Assembly: GCA_035473255.1 (NCBI GenBank)
Contig: DATIOK010000209.1
Span: 1 to 60,353, forward strand
Direction: 5' to 3'
DNA: 60,353 nt
Source of the DNA: Gaiellales bacterium
GTDB taxonomy: Bacteria; Actinomycetota; Thermoleophilia; Gaiellales; JAICJC01
The position numbers and the translations under genes are program-made. Below the pieces are notes generated by a model. The model ran no database searches. It was given only the letters and a program-made list of their open reading frames with translations, and was not told the origin of the DNA. Shown here one piece after another: positions 28,698 to 37,260 of the stretch; within the stretch, counting starts at the first letter, position 1, and each line of letters begins with the position of its first letter.

Positions 28698-29780
28698 TCA
28701 GCCGGCCGTGATCAACTCCTTAGGGTAGCCGGTGAGGCGCTCGCAGCCGTCCCCGGTGACCACCACGAGATCCTCGATGCGCACCCCGCCGACGCCCGGC
28801 AGGTAGACGCCCGGCTCCACTGTGACGACCATCCCCTGCTCGAGGGTTGCGGGGTAGGTGACGGAGAGGCGCGGATCCTCGTGAATCTGGAGGCCGACGC
28901 CGTGACCGGTGCCGTGCTGGAAGTGCTCGCCGTGGCCGGCCTCGGTGATGATGTCGCGCACGACCGCGTCGGCGTCCTTGCCGGTGACGCCGGGTCGCAC
29001 CGCGTCGAGTCCGGCCAGCTGGGCCCTGCGCACCAGCTCGTAGACCTCGCCCAGCGGGTCGGGGACGGGGCCCGTGGCGAGGGTGCGCGTGCAGTCGGAG
29101 TGGTACCCGTCGAGCACGGCGCCGATGTCGATCGTGACCAGGCTGCCGGGGGCGATCGGCTCGCGCCGTGGCTCGGCGTGCGGCAGCGCGCCGGCCGCGC
29201 CGGAGGCCACGATCGAGTCGAAGGCGATGCCGTCGCCGCCATGCTCGCGCACCAGCTGCTGGACACGCCAGGCCACGTCGAACTCCGTGCGGCCGGCAAG
29301 GCCCTCGCCCACCAGCTGCGCGTAGACCGGCTCGAGGATGGCCGCGGCGCCGCGGATGGCCTCGATCTCGTCATCGTCCTTGACGATCCGAAGGCCCTCG
29401 ACGGCGCCGGACACGCCCACCAGCTCGACGTCCCCGGACGCCTCCGCCAGCAGCGCGTGAGCGGCGTAGGACAGATGCACCGACTCGAAGCCGACCCTGG
29501 CTGCGCCGGGTGCGAGCTCGGACCAGCGGGTGGAGACGAAGCGGATCAGGTCCTGGTTCGCCTGCTGCACGTCGATGAACTCGCGCAGCGGCGAAACGCG
29601 CTCCAGATAGCGGAAGTCGGTCAGAAAGACGGAGCCGGACGGCGTTGCCACCACGGCGCCGTTGCTGCCGGTGTACCCGGTCAGGTAGCGGACGTTCGTG
29701 AGATCCGTGATCAGGAGGGCGTCGATCTCGTGGCCGGCCAGGCCGGCCGCCAGCCGTTCGACGCGCGCGCGATAGTTCAT
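28698..29780 (-). CDS. pepQ: Xaa-Pro peptidase, M24 family
   Basis: ATG 29780; NVRYLTGYTGS, TDFRY, FDSIVASG, GALPHA, DIGAVLDGYHSDCTRT, HGTGHGVGLQIHEDP, VEPGVY, VRIED. Confidence 0.92.
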   Translation of the reverse strand: MNYRARVERLAAGLAGHEIDALLITDLTNVRYLTGYTGSNGAVVATPSGSVFLTDFRYLERVSPLREFIDVQQANQDLIRFVSTRWSELAPGAARVGFESVHLSYAAHALLAEASGDVELVGVSGAVEGLRIVKDDDEIEAIRGAAAILEPVYAQLVGEGLAGRTEFDVAWRVQQLVREHGGDGIAFDSIVASGAAGALPHAEPRREPIAPGSLVTIDIGAVLDGYHSDCTRTLATGPVPDPLGEVYELVRRAQLAGLDAVRPGVTGKDADAVVRDIITEAGHGEHFQHGTGHGVGLQIHEDPRLSVTYPATLEQGMVVTVEPGVYLPGVGGVRIEDLVVVTGDGCERLTGYPKELITAG

Positions 29781-30208
29781 GAGGCGTTCTCCGCGAGGTA
29801 GGTGAAGGCGTCCCGGTAGCCCTCGGCGCCGCGCCCGCTGATGCGGTGCGAGACCACCTCCGCGATCACCGTGTGGCGCCGCCACAGCTCGCGGCGCTCG
29901 ATGTCGGACAGGTGCACCTCGACGATCGGGCCCGTGAAGATCTCGAGCGCATCGCGGATGGCGTAGCTGTAGTGGCTCCATGCGCCGGGGTTGACGACGA
30001 GCGCGTCGGTGCCGGAGCAGGCCTCGTGGATCATGTCCACGTACGCGCCCTCGTGGTTGGTCTGGGAGCAGCGGGCGGACATGTTCAGCTCCTGCGCCCA
30101 CTCGTAGATGCGGGTCTCCAGCTGCTGCAGCGTCATGTCGCCGTACTGCTCGGGGTCACGACGACCGAGCATGTTCAGGTTGACGCCGTTCAGGACCGTG
30201 ACCTGCAT
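29777..30208 (-). CDS. aroQ: Type II 3-dehydroquinate dehydratase
   Basis: ATG 30208; LNGVNLNMLGRRDPEQYG, QTNHEG, NPGAWSHYSYAIRDAL, EVHLSDI..RELWRRH. Confidence 0.95.
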   Translation of the reverse strand: MQVTVLNGVNLNMLGRRDPEQYGDMTLQQLETRIYEWAQELNMSARCSQTNHEGAYVDMIHEACSGTDALVVNPGAWSHYSYAIRDALEIFTGPIVEVHLSDIERRELWRRHTVIAEVVSHRISGRGAEGYRDAFTYLAENAS

Positions 30209-30359
30209 GGCCGCGAAGGGTACTGGAAGGCCCCGGCACCGTGTCTCGCGCGCACCGCACCCGTCGGAGGTGGTCTGTGACAGGTCCGGCACGGCTCGTG
30301 ACTGACAGCTGACGGGGACCGCATGCAGTCTGGGCGCCAACCCGACGAAAGGACTTCGA

Positions 30360-31151
30360 ATGCGATTCCGCACCCTGCTGGCCGTGATGGCCGCAGCCAT
30401 CGCCGTGGCGGCCGGCTCCGCCCACGCTAGGGCCGCCGAGATCAGCGTCTACAAGGTCTGGTTCCAGCGCAGCGGCAAGCTGTGGCTGGTGAAGCGGCAG
30501 CAGCCGCTGACGTCCGCCCCGGCCCGCGCCGCCATGCAGGCGCTGCTGGCCGGGCCGAACCTGTCCGAGTCGGACGCCGGCGTCGGCTCGCAGGTGCCGG
30601 CATCGGCCGACCTGCTCGGCCTCTCGGTCGCGAACGGCACGGCCACCGTCGATCTCAGCAGCGAGTTCGCGGCCTCGGGCACGACCGCCCAGGTGCGCAT
30701 GCGCCTCGCCCAGGTGACCTGGACGCTGGCGCAGTTCCCGACCATCGACCGGGTCGCCCTGCTGGTGAACGGACGGGCTGTGTCCAGCCTGGCCGGGGTG
30801 AAGTTGCCGAGGCCGATGACGCAGGACACCTTCGCGAGCCTGCTGCCATCGATCACCGTCTGGAACCCGGCCATCGGGACGGCGCTCTCCGGCAGCGTGC
30901 GGGTCAGCGGCAACGCCACCGTGTTCGAGGGCAGCCTGCACATCCGCATGCTCAACCACAACGGCACCACCATCGCGCACGCAAACACCATCGCCAGCTG
31001 CGGCACCGGCTGCCGCGGCGGATACACGATCCTGGTGCCGTTCTCGGTCGGCAGCGACCAGCTGGGAACGATCGTCGTGGCGGATGACGACACCGACGGC
31101 AACGGCAAGCCCCAGCATCAGGTGCGGGTGCCGGTGGTGCTGCTCTCGTAG
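30360..31151 (+). CDS. Secreted protein with GerMN and Gmad2 (Ig-like) domains
   Basis: Signal peptide (AHA-RAA), AAGGA RBS; LLAGP...TATVDLS.EF...RLAQVTWTLAQFPTIDRV (GerMN); VSGNATVFEG...SCGTGCRG (Gmad2-like). Confidence 0.82.
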   Translation: MRFRTLLAVMAAAIAVAAGSAHARAAEISVYKVWFQRSGKLWLVKRQQPLTSAPARAAMQALLAGPNLSESDAGVGSQVPASADLLGLSVANGTATVDLSSEFAASGTTAQVRMRLAQVTWTLAQFPTIDRVALLVNGRAVSSLAGVKLPRPMTQDTFASLLPSITVWNPAIGTALSGSVRVSGNATVFEGSLHIRMLNHNGTTIAHANTIASCGTGCRGGYTILVPFSVGSDQLGTIVVADDDTDGNGKPQHQVRVPVVLLS

Positions 31152-31170
31152 AAGCGACGAGATGCACGGA

Positions 31171-31199
31171 GGCACTGGCGGGCTCAGCCCGCCAGTGCC
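31171..31199. terminator. Perfect inverted repeat; candidate bidirectional terminator between convergent genes
   Basis: GGCACTGGCGGGCT-c-AGCCCGCCAGTGCC; the right arm is the last codons and part of the stop of aroKB. Confidence 0.55.
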
Positions 31200-32680
31200 C
31201 GCCCGATCGCGAGGTCGATCAGCTCGTCATCGACGTCCACGCCCCACACGGGCTTGCCGACCTGCTCCAGCAGCACGAACCGGACGCGGCCCTCGACCGC
31301 CTTCTTGTCCCGGCGAAGCGCCTCTCGGACGGCCGCAGCGTCGACGCCGGCAAAGCCGGTGGGCAGCTCGTGCATCCGCAGCAGCTCTCGGACGTCGCCC
31401 TCCACCGCGGGATCGAGTCCGGCAACCTTCCCCGACAACCACAGCGCGGGCAGCAACCCCACGGCCACCGCCTCACCGTGAGCGATGCCGGTGAACCCGG
31501 CCGCCGCCTCGATCGCGTGGCCGATCGAGTGTCCCAGGTTGAGCACGGCGCGCATGCCCTGCTCGCGCGGATCGGTCGCCACCACGTGCGCCTTGTACGC
31601 GGCGCAGCGGCGGATCAGCTCCAGCCGCTGCTCGGTCGATCCCCGCCCTGGCTCCCACGCCTGCACCATCTCCCATAGCCGCCCGCCCGCCAGCAGGCCG
31701 GTCTTGATCACCTCGGCGAAGCCGCAGGCCCACTCCCGCACCGGCAGCGTCTCCAGCAGACCCGGGTCGGCCACCACCCACTCGGCCGGGTGGAACGCTC
31801 CGACGTAGTTCTTGGCCCCGGGCAGGTCGATCCCGGTCTTGCCGCCGATGGCCGCGTCCACCATCCCCACCAGCGAGGTCGGCGCCGCGATCCACGGCAC
31901 GCCGCGCTGGTAGGTGGCGGCCACGAACCCGGCCGCGTCGGTCGCGGCACCGCCGCCCAGGCCCACCACCACGTCACCGCGCTCCAGGCCCAGGTCGGCC
32001 AGCCGCGTCCACGCCTGGCGCGCCACCGCCACCGTCTTGGCCGCCTCGCCGACGGGCAGCCGCACCGTCACCAGCGGCTCCACCGGCGCGCCCACCAGCC
32101 GCAGCACCGCCCGGTCTGCGATCAGGGCGGCGCGCCGCGCGCCCACCAGCCGTGGCAGCTCGGCCAGCGCTGCGGGCCGGCTGAGCGGCACCAGCAGCGG
32201 CTCGCCGCCCTCCAGCTGCTCGGCGTCGACCAGCGCGTCGGCGGCCGCGTGGTAGAGCGGCCGGCGCTGCTCATACAGGTCGGCGAACCCGCGCGCCTCC
32301 ACGGCCAGCGGCCGGTCTTCGGCCTCTGCCTCGATCCGCCGCCAGGCCGTCTGCACCGAGACGTCGAGCAGCACGGTGAAGCTGCCGTCGTGCAGCCGCT
32401 CGCGCGTGACGGGCGAGGTGATGGCGCCGCCGCCGAGCGCGATCACAGCGTCCATCCGCTCGGACAGGCGCGCCACGGCCCGCTCCTCGAGCTCGCGGAA
32501 GGCCGCCTCGCCGTCCTCCAGGAAGATGCGCGGGATCGGCTTGCCCGCCTCGCGCTCGACCTCGGCATCGCTGTCGGCCACATCCCACCCCAACCGCTCC
32601 GCCAGCTGGCCGGCCAGCGTCGACTTCCCGGAGCCCATGAACCCGATCAGGGCGATGTTCCGGTAGGGGCCGGGGATCAT
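31184..32680 (-). CDS. aroKB: Bifunctional shikimate kinase / 3-dehydroquinate synthase
   Basis: N-terminal GFMGSGKST, GEAAFRELE, ALGGGA (AroK); C-terminal GGGAATDAAGF, PTSLVGMVDAAIGGKTG, EVIKTG, LNLGHSIGHAIE, HGEAVA, RDKK (AroB); a single ORF. Confidence 0.93.
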   Translation of the reverse strand: MIPGPYRNIALIGFMGSGKSTLAGQLAERLGWDVADSDAEVEREAGKPIPRIFLEDGEAAFRELEERAVARLSERMDAVIALGGGAITSPVTRERLHDGSFTVLLDVSVQTAWRRIEAEAEDRPLAVEARGFADLYEQRRPLYHAAADALVDAEQLEGGEPLLVPLSRPAALAELPRLVGARRAALIADRAVLRLVGAPVEPLVTVRLPVGEAAKTVAVARQAWTRLADLGLERGDVVVGLGGGAATDAAGFVAATYQRGVPWIAAPTSLVGMVDAAIGGKTGIDLPGAKNYVGAFHPAEWVVADPGLLETLPVREWACGFAEVIKTGLLAGGRLWEMVQAWEPGRGSTEQRLELIRRCAAYKAHVVATDPREQGMRAVLNLGHSIGHAIEAAAGFTGIAHGEAVAVGLLPALWLSGKVAGLDPAVEGDVRELLRMHELPTGFAGVDAAAVREALRRDKKAVEGRVRFVLLEQVGKPVWGVDVDDELIDLAIGRALAG

Positions 32681-33861
32681 GCCTGCGCGACGCGGGCCAT
32701 GTAGGCGGCATGAGCGGCCACGAAATCCCCGATCGAGTCGCCGCCGAACTTCTCCAGCGCGGCCCGGGCGAGCTCGAATGCCACTCCCGCCTCGGCCACG
32801 ACCGCAGCCGCCGGCAGCACCGTGACGTCGCTGCGCTCGACGTGCGCGGCCTGCTGCTCGTGACTGCCTAGCTCGACGCTTGCAAGCGGTCGCATCAGGG
32901 TCGGCAGTGGCTTCCAGATCACGCGCACGATCAGGTCGGCACCGTTCGTGATCCCACCCTCCAGCCCGCCGGCCCGGTCGGTCTCGCGATAGAACCCGCG
33001 ACCGTCATCGTGGTGGATCTCATCGTGGACGCTCGATCCGCGGCGGCCGCTGGAGGCGATCGCGTCGCCGATCTCGACGCCCTTGGCCGACTGGATCGAG
33101 AGCATCGCGCCGGCCAGGCGGCCGTCCAGGCGCTGGCCGGCCGAGACGTGCGAGCCGAGCCCGGGCGGCAGGCCGAACGCACGCACCTCGGTGACGCCTC
33201 CCAGCGTGTCGCGGTCGTTCTTCGCAGCCTCGATCTCGGCGATCATGGCCTGCTCGGCGCTGGGGTCGAGGCACCGCACCTCGCTGGCCTCTGCGCGGTC
33301 GAAGTCGGCGGCCGTCAGCCAGGCCGGCGGCGTCGCCCGCTTCGATCCGATCTGCAGCACGTGGGAGCGCACCTCGATCCCGATCGAGCGGCAGACGGCC
33401 TTGGCCACGGCGCCCGCCGCGACGCGTGCGGCCGTCTCGCGGGCGCTGGCACGCTCCAGCACGCTGCGCACGTCGGTGTGCCCGTACTTGAGGACGCCCG
33501 ACAGGTCGGCGTGGCCGGGGCGGGGCAGCCGGATCGGCTTGCCGCGCCAGCCGTACGCCTCCAGCGCCTGCTCCGGCACCGGCCACGGGTTCATCGGATC
33601 GGTCCAGTTCTTGTGGTCGCGGTTCTCGATGAAGAAGGCGATCGGGCTGCCCAGCGTGCGCCCGTGGCGGAGGCCGCCGGTGGGCACGACGTCGTCGGTT
33701 TCCAGCTTCTGGCGTGGGCTGCGGCCATAGCCGGCCTGGCGCCGGGCGAGGTCACGGCGGATCAGCTCGTGGTCGAGCTCGAGGCCGGCCGGCACGCCGC
33801 TGACCACGACGGTCAGTCCCGGGCCGTGGGATTCGCCGGCTGTGACGTAGGAGAGCTCCAT
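32677..33861 (-). CDS. aroC: Chorismate synthase
   Basis: TAGESHGPGL, RRQAGYGR, PRPGHADL, LERASARETAARVA, IQSAKGVEIG, GGLEGGITNG, KPLPTL, ERSD. Confidence 0.97.
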   Translation of the reverse strand: MELSYVTAGESHGPGLTVVVSGVPAGLELDHELIRRDLARRQAGYGRSPRQKLETDDVVPTGGLRHGRTLGSPIAFFIENRDHKNWTDPMNPWPVPEQALEAYGWRGKPIRLPRPGHADLSGVLKYGHTDVRSVLERASARETAARVAAGAVAKAVCRSIGIEVRSHVLQIGSKRATPPAWLTAADFDRAEASEVRCLDPSAEQAMIAEIEAAKNDRDTLGGVTEVRAFGLPPGLGSHVSAGQRLDGRLAGAMLSIQSAKGVEIGDAIASSGRRGSSVHDEIHHDDGRGFYRETDRAGGLEGGITNGADLIVRVIWKPLPTLMRPLASVELGSHEQQAAHVERSDVTVLPAAAVVAEAGVAFELARAALEKFGGDSIGDFVAAHAAYMARVAQA

Positions 33862-33872
33862 GGGCCGAGAGC

Positions 33873-34334
33873 CTACCCGCCCGGCGCCAGTGACTTGCGG
33901 AAGAACACGCGGTCGAAGCCGTCCTCGCGCCGGCGATCGATGAGGTCGTATCCGAGCGACGGATACAGCAGCAGGTTCTCGGTCATGTGCGCGTTCGTGT
34001 AGAGGTCGACGGCGCCCAGCCCGGCATCGCGGGCGACCTGCTCGGCGTGATCGATCAGCGATCGGCCGATCCCCCGCCGCTGGTGTGCCGGGTCGACGGC
34101 GACGCTCTCGAGCAGCAGCGCCGTGTCCTGCAACCGCAGCACGAGCACACCCACCACGCGGCCCTGGTCGGTCGCCACCCAGACGTCGCCGGCCGCGATC
34201 AGGGCATCGAAGTCGGCGCCCATCGGGGCCGGCTCGCGGCCGATCCGCTCGATGTACGGACGGTAGGCCGCGCTGGTGACCGCGGCGGCCGCCGCCGCGT
34301 CGCCGGCGGCCGCCGTCCTAATCGCCGTCGGCAT
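33873..34334 (-). CDS. GNAT-family N-acetyltransferase
   Basis: ATG 34334; YRPYIERIGREPAPM, LESVAVDPAHQRRGIGR, LYTNAHMTENLLLYPSLGY. Confidence 0.85.
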   Translation of the reverse strand: MPTAIRTAAAGDAAAAAAVTSAAYRPYIERIGREPAPMGADFDALIAAGDVWVATDQGRVVGVLVLRLQDTALLLESVAVDPAHQRRGIGRSLIDHAEQVARDAGLGAVDLYTNAHMTENLLLYPSLGYDLIDRRREDGFDRVFFRKSLAPGG

Positions 34335-35475
34335 GCGACCGGCTGGGCGAGAACGGCGCGGGGTCGGTGAACGGCTCCGTGCCGAGCACCATCTCCGCCA
34401 CCAGACGCCCGGAGCCGGCACCGGCCAGGATGCCGTCGCTCGAGTGCCCCGCGCACACGGCCAGCCCGTCCTCGAGGTGGCCGATGTAGGGCAGCTCGTC
34501 GGGCGTGAACGGCCGCAGTCCGCTCCAGGTGGTCTCCACCTCGATCGACGCCATCGCCGGCAACAGCTGGCAGACGCGGGCGGCAGTGTCGCGCAGCGCG
34601 CCGGCGCTCTCGTCGCCCTCGCGAAGCGCCGGTGCGCGTGTGGCACCGACCATGATCGAGCCGTCGGCGTTCTGGTGCGCCGTCATGGCGGTGGCCGAGC
34701 GCGTGCCGAAGACCGCCACGTCGCCGTCGGCGAGGTCGCTCAGCAGCACCGGGTCGCCCGGCTGCGGCCCGCGGGCAAGGGCGTAGCCGGCCTCGTAGAC
34801 GATGTGGCGGAGCAGCGGCGGCACGGGTGCGGTCACCGCCAGCCAGCCCCGCACCGGCCGGATCAGCAGTTCGTGGCCGGCCGTGTGTGCAAGCCGCCGC
34901 GACCACGCTCCCGCGGCGAGCACGACCGTTCCGGCGCGCTCGAACCCGCCGTCCGTGACGGCGGCGCCCGGCGAGACGCGCTTGACGTCGACGTGGCAGC
35001 GGATCTCGGCGCCCGAGCGCCGCGCCATCTCCGCGGCCGCCGCCGTCAGCGCGGCCGGGTCGGTGCGGCGGCCGCCGGGCAGCAGTAGCCCGCCCGACAC
35101 GGTCGGAGCCAGGCCCGGCTCGGCCTCGAGCACCGCGTCCCGGTCGAGCAGCCGGCCGTCGGCGGGCACGTTCTCGGCCAGGCGCTCCAGCTGGGCCTCG
35201 CTGGTGGCCAGAAACAGCGTTCCGATCGGCTCCCGGTCGAGCGCCAGGTCGAGGCCCGCGCGTTCGGCGAGGTGGTCGTAGAGCCGGTTGGATTCCGCGA
35301 ACAGCGGCTGCATCGGATCGACCTCGGGCTCGAGCAGCAGCCCCTGGCTGCGGCGAGTGGCGCCCGACGCCAGGTGGCCGCGCTCGAGCAGCAGCACCTC
35401 GGCCCCGCGTTCGGCCAGCTGCCACGCGGTTGTGGCGCCGATGATCCCGCCGCCGATCACGATCACGTCTGGCAC
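34318..35475 (-). CDS. FAD-dependent oxidoreductase, DAO/glycine oxidase/DadA family
   Basis: DVIVIGGGIIGAT, LASGATRRSQG, VLAAGAWS, PVRGW, WSGLRPFTPDELPYIG, AGHSSDGIL. Confidence 0.88.
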   Translation of the reverse strand: MPDVIVIGGGIIGATTAWQLAERGAEVLLLERGHLASGATRRSQGLLLEPEVDPMQPLFAESNRLYDHLAERAGLDLALDREPIGTLFLATSEAQLERLAENVPADGRLLDRDAVLEAEPGLAPTVSGGLLLPGGRRTDPAALTAAAAEMARRSGAEIRCHVDVKRVSPGAAVTDGGFERAGTVVLAAGAWSRRLAHTAGHELLIRPVRGWLAVTAPVPPLLRHIVYEAGYALARGPQPGDPVLLSDLADGDVAVFGTRSATAMTAHQNADGSIMVGATRAPALREGDESAGALRDTAARVCQLLPAMASIEVETTWSGLRPFTPDELPYIGHLEDGLAVCAGHSSDGILAGAGSGRLVAEMVLGTEPFTDPAPFSPSRSHADGD

Positions 35476-35520
35476 TGCGCCAGCCTACAGTCCGCGCCCG
35501 GCGTGGCCGATAGCTACCGC

Positions 35521-36150
35521 ATGGAGTTCGCAGTTCCGATGGTGGGTTTCGCGCTTGGGTGGCCGATCGAGTGGCTGATCCAGCGGTTTCCCCTGGGCGA
35601 GGGCACGCCGCCCTCGGTGCGTCGCCGCTGGCTGGTGGCGGGGCTCATGGCCGGCCTGTTCGCGGCGCTGACGTGGCAGATCGGGATCGAGCCGCAGCTG
35701 GCGCCGGCGCTGCTTCTGACCGCGCTGATCGTGCCCGCGTCGGTGATCGACATCAACCACCGCATCATCCCCAACCTGATCAACTACCCGGGCGCCGTCC
35801 TGGTGTTCGCGGTGGCATGCATCGCGCAGCCCGACCGCATGGCGGAGTTCGCGATCAGCGGCATCCTCTGTTTCCTGTTCCTGGGCACGGCCTGGCTGAT
35901 CTCGCCACGTGGCATGGGCCTGGGCGACGTCAAGATGGCGCTGATGATCGGCCTCGGCACCGGACGCTACGCGTACGTGGCGCTGCTGTTCGGCTTCATC
36001 GCATCGACCGCGCTGTCGGCGTACCTGCTGCTGCGGCTCGGCGCCAAGGCACGCAAGACCACGTTCCCCTTTGGGCCGTTCCTGGCGTTCGGCACCGAGG
36101 TCGCGCTGCTCTGGGGGCCGCCTCTCTCGACGCACCTGATCGGGTTCTAG
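35521..36150 (+). CDS. A24-family (prepilin-type) aspartic peptidase without the N-terminal Zn domain
   Basis: ATG 35521; polytopic hydrophobic protein; DINHRIIPN, GMGLGDVKM (GxGD), PFGPFL. Confidence 0.85.
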   Translation: MEFAVPMVGFALGWPIEWLIQRFPLGEGTPPSVRRRWLVAGLMAGLFAALTWQIGIEPQLAPALLLTALIVPASVIDINHRIIPNLINYPGAVLVFAVACIAQPDRMAEFAISGILCFLFLGTAWLISPRGMGLGDVKMALMIGLGTGRYAYVALLFGFIASTALSAYLLLRLGAKARKTTFPFGPFLAFGTEVALLWGPPLSTHLIGF

Positions 36151-36195
36151 CTCGCACGTGTGGCCGGCCGCATCGGGCTGACCTACAGTGGATGC

Positions 36196-36444
36196 GTGAG
36201 CACGGTTGGTCGCCGGTGGATGCTGCGAGCGGGACTGCTCCTCACCATCCTGCTCTTCGCCGCCTGCCTGTTCACCGTCTCGGTCACCGGCTCGACTCCG
36301 ACGTGCCAGCCGCACAGCTCATGCGACCCGCCGGGTACGGGGCCGACCCACCCAGAGCTCGCGTTCGTGCTCCTGCTGGGAGCCGTCGCTGCGCTGATCG
36401 GAACGCTCGCGGCCACCATTTGGTGGGGAGCTGACAACGACTGA
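36196..36444 (+). CDS. Small 2-TM hypothetical protein with a CxxxxxC loop
   Basis: GTG 36196 preceded by TACAGT at 6 nt; two hydrophobic helices flanking TPTCQPHSSCDPP. Confidence 0.6.
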   Translation: MSTVGRRWMLRAGLLLTILLFAACLFTVSVTGSTPTCQPHSSCDPPGTGPTHPELAFVLLLGAVAALIGTLAATIWWGADND

Positions 36445-36483
36445 ACCCGCCGGCCACGGATCAGCTGAGGGACCGCCGAGCTA

Positions 36484-37251
36484 TCAGCTCGGCTCGTCGG
36501 CCTCATGGATGCGTCGGGCGATGCCAGCCGCCAGCGATCTCGGCGCCAGCCGCGCCCCCGCCGCGCCCAGGCGGTTGACCTTGCCCGGGATCACCACCGA
36601 CCGGCCGGCCATCATGCCGGCGTAGCCCTCGCGGGCAACCTCGAACGGCTCCATCACGCGCGAGCTCGTGAACCGGTTGCGTGACACCTCGGCCCGGTCG
36701 ACGAAGGCGGTGCGTGTCGGCCCCGGGCACAGCGTTGTCACTGACACGCCGGTCTCGTCCAGCTCCGCCCTGATCGCCTCGGAGAACGACAGGACGTAGG
36801 CCTTGCTGGCGTAGTAGACGGCCATCAGCGGGCCGGGCTGGAACGCGGCTGTGGACGCGACGTTCAGGATCCGGCCCGAGCCGCGGTCGACCATCGCCGG
36901 CAGGAACATCCGCGTCAGCTGTGTCAACGCCGCCACGTTCACCTGCAGCATCTCGCTGAGGATGGCGGGATCCTCGTCGGCGAACGACCCGCGGTGCCCG
37001 AAGCCGGCGTTGTTGACCAGGAAGTCAACCTCGCCGCACTCGTCGAACAGCGACAGCGGCGCGATCGGGTTTGACAGGTCGCGCGGGATCGGCCGCACCT
37101 CAACCCGGAAGCGTTCCTCCAGCTCGCGGGCGACCACGGCCAGCCGCTCGCCACCTCGGGCCACCAGCACGAGGTCATGGCCATCGCCGGCGAACAGCCG
37201 AGCCAGCTCCAGTCCGATCCCCCCTGAAGCACCGGTCACGAGCGCGATCAC
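36484..37251 (-). CDS. Short-chain dehydrogenase/reductase (DltE-like)
   Basis: ALVTGASGGIG, LVNNAGFG, NVASTAAF, YYASK, LCPGPTRT. Confidence 0.9.
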   Translation of the reverse strand: MIALVTGASGGIGLELARLFAGDGHDLVLVARGGERLAVVARELEERFRVEVRPIPRDLSNPIAPLSLFDECGEVDFLVNNAGFGHRGSFADEDPAILSEMLQVNVAALTQLTRMFLPAMVDRGSGRILNVASTAAFQPGPLMAVYYASKAYVLSFSEAIRAELDETGVSVTTLCPGPTRTAFVDRAEVSRNRFTSSRVMEPFEVAREGYAGMMAGRSVVIPGKVNRLGAAGARLAPRSLAAGIARRIHEADEPS

Positions 37252-37260
37252 GCGCCAAGC

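Noticed and set aside
34280-34320. GCC/GCG-rich run in the GNAT gene
   Set aside because: Encodes an Ala-rich helix (AAAGDAAAAAA); low complexity, not a repeat element.
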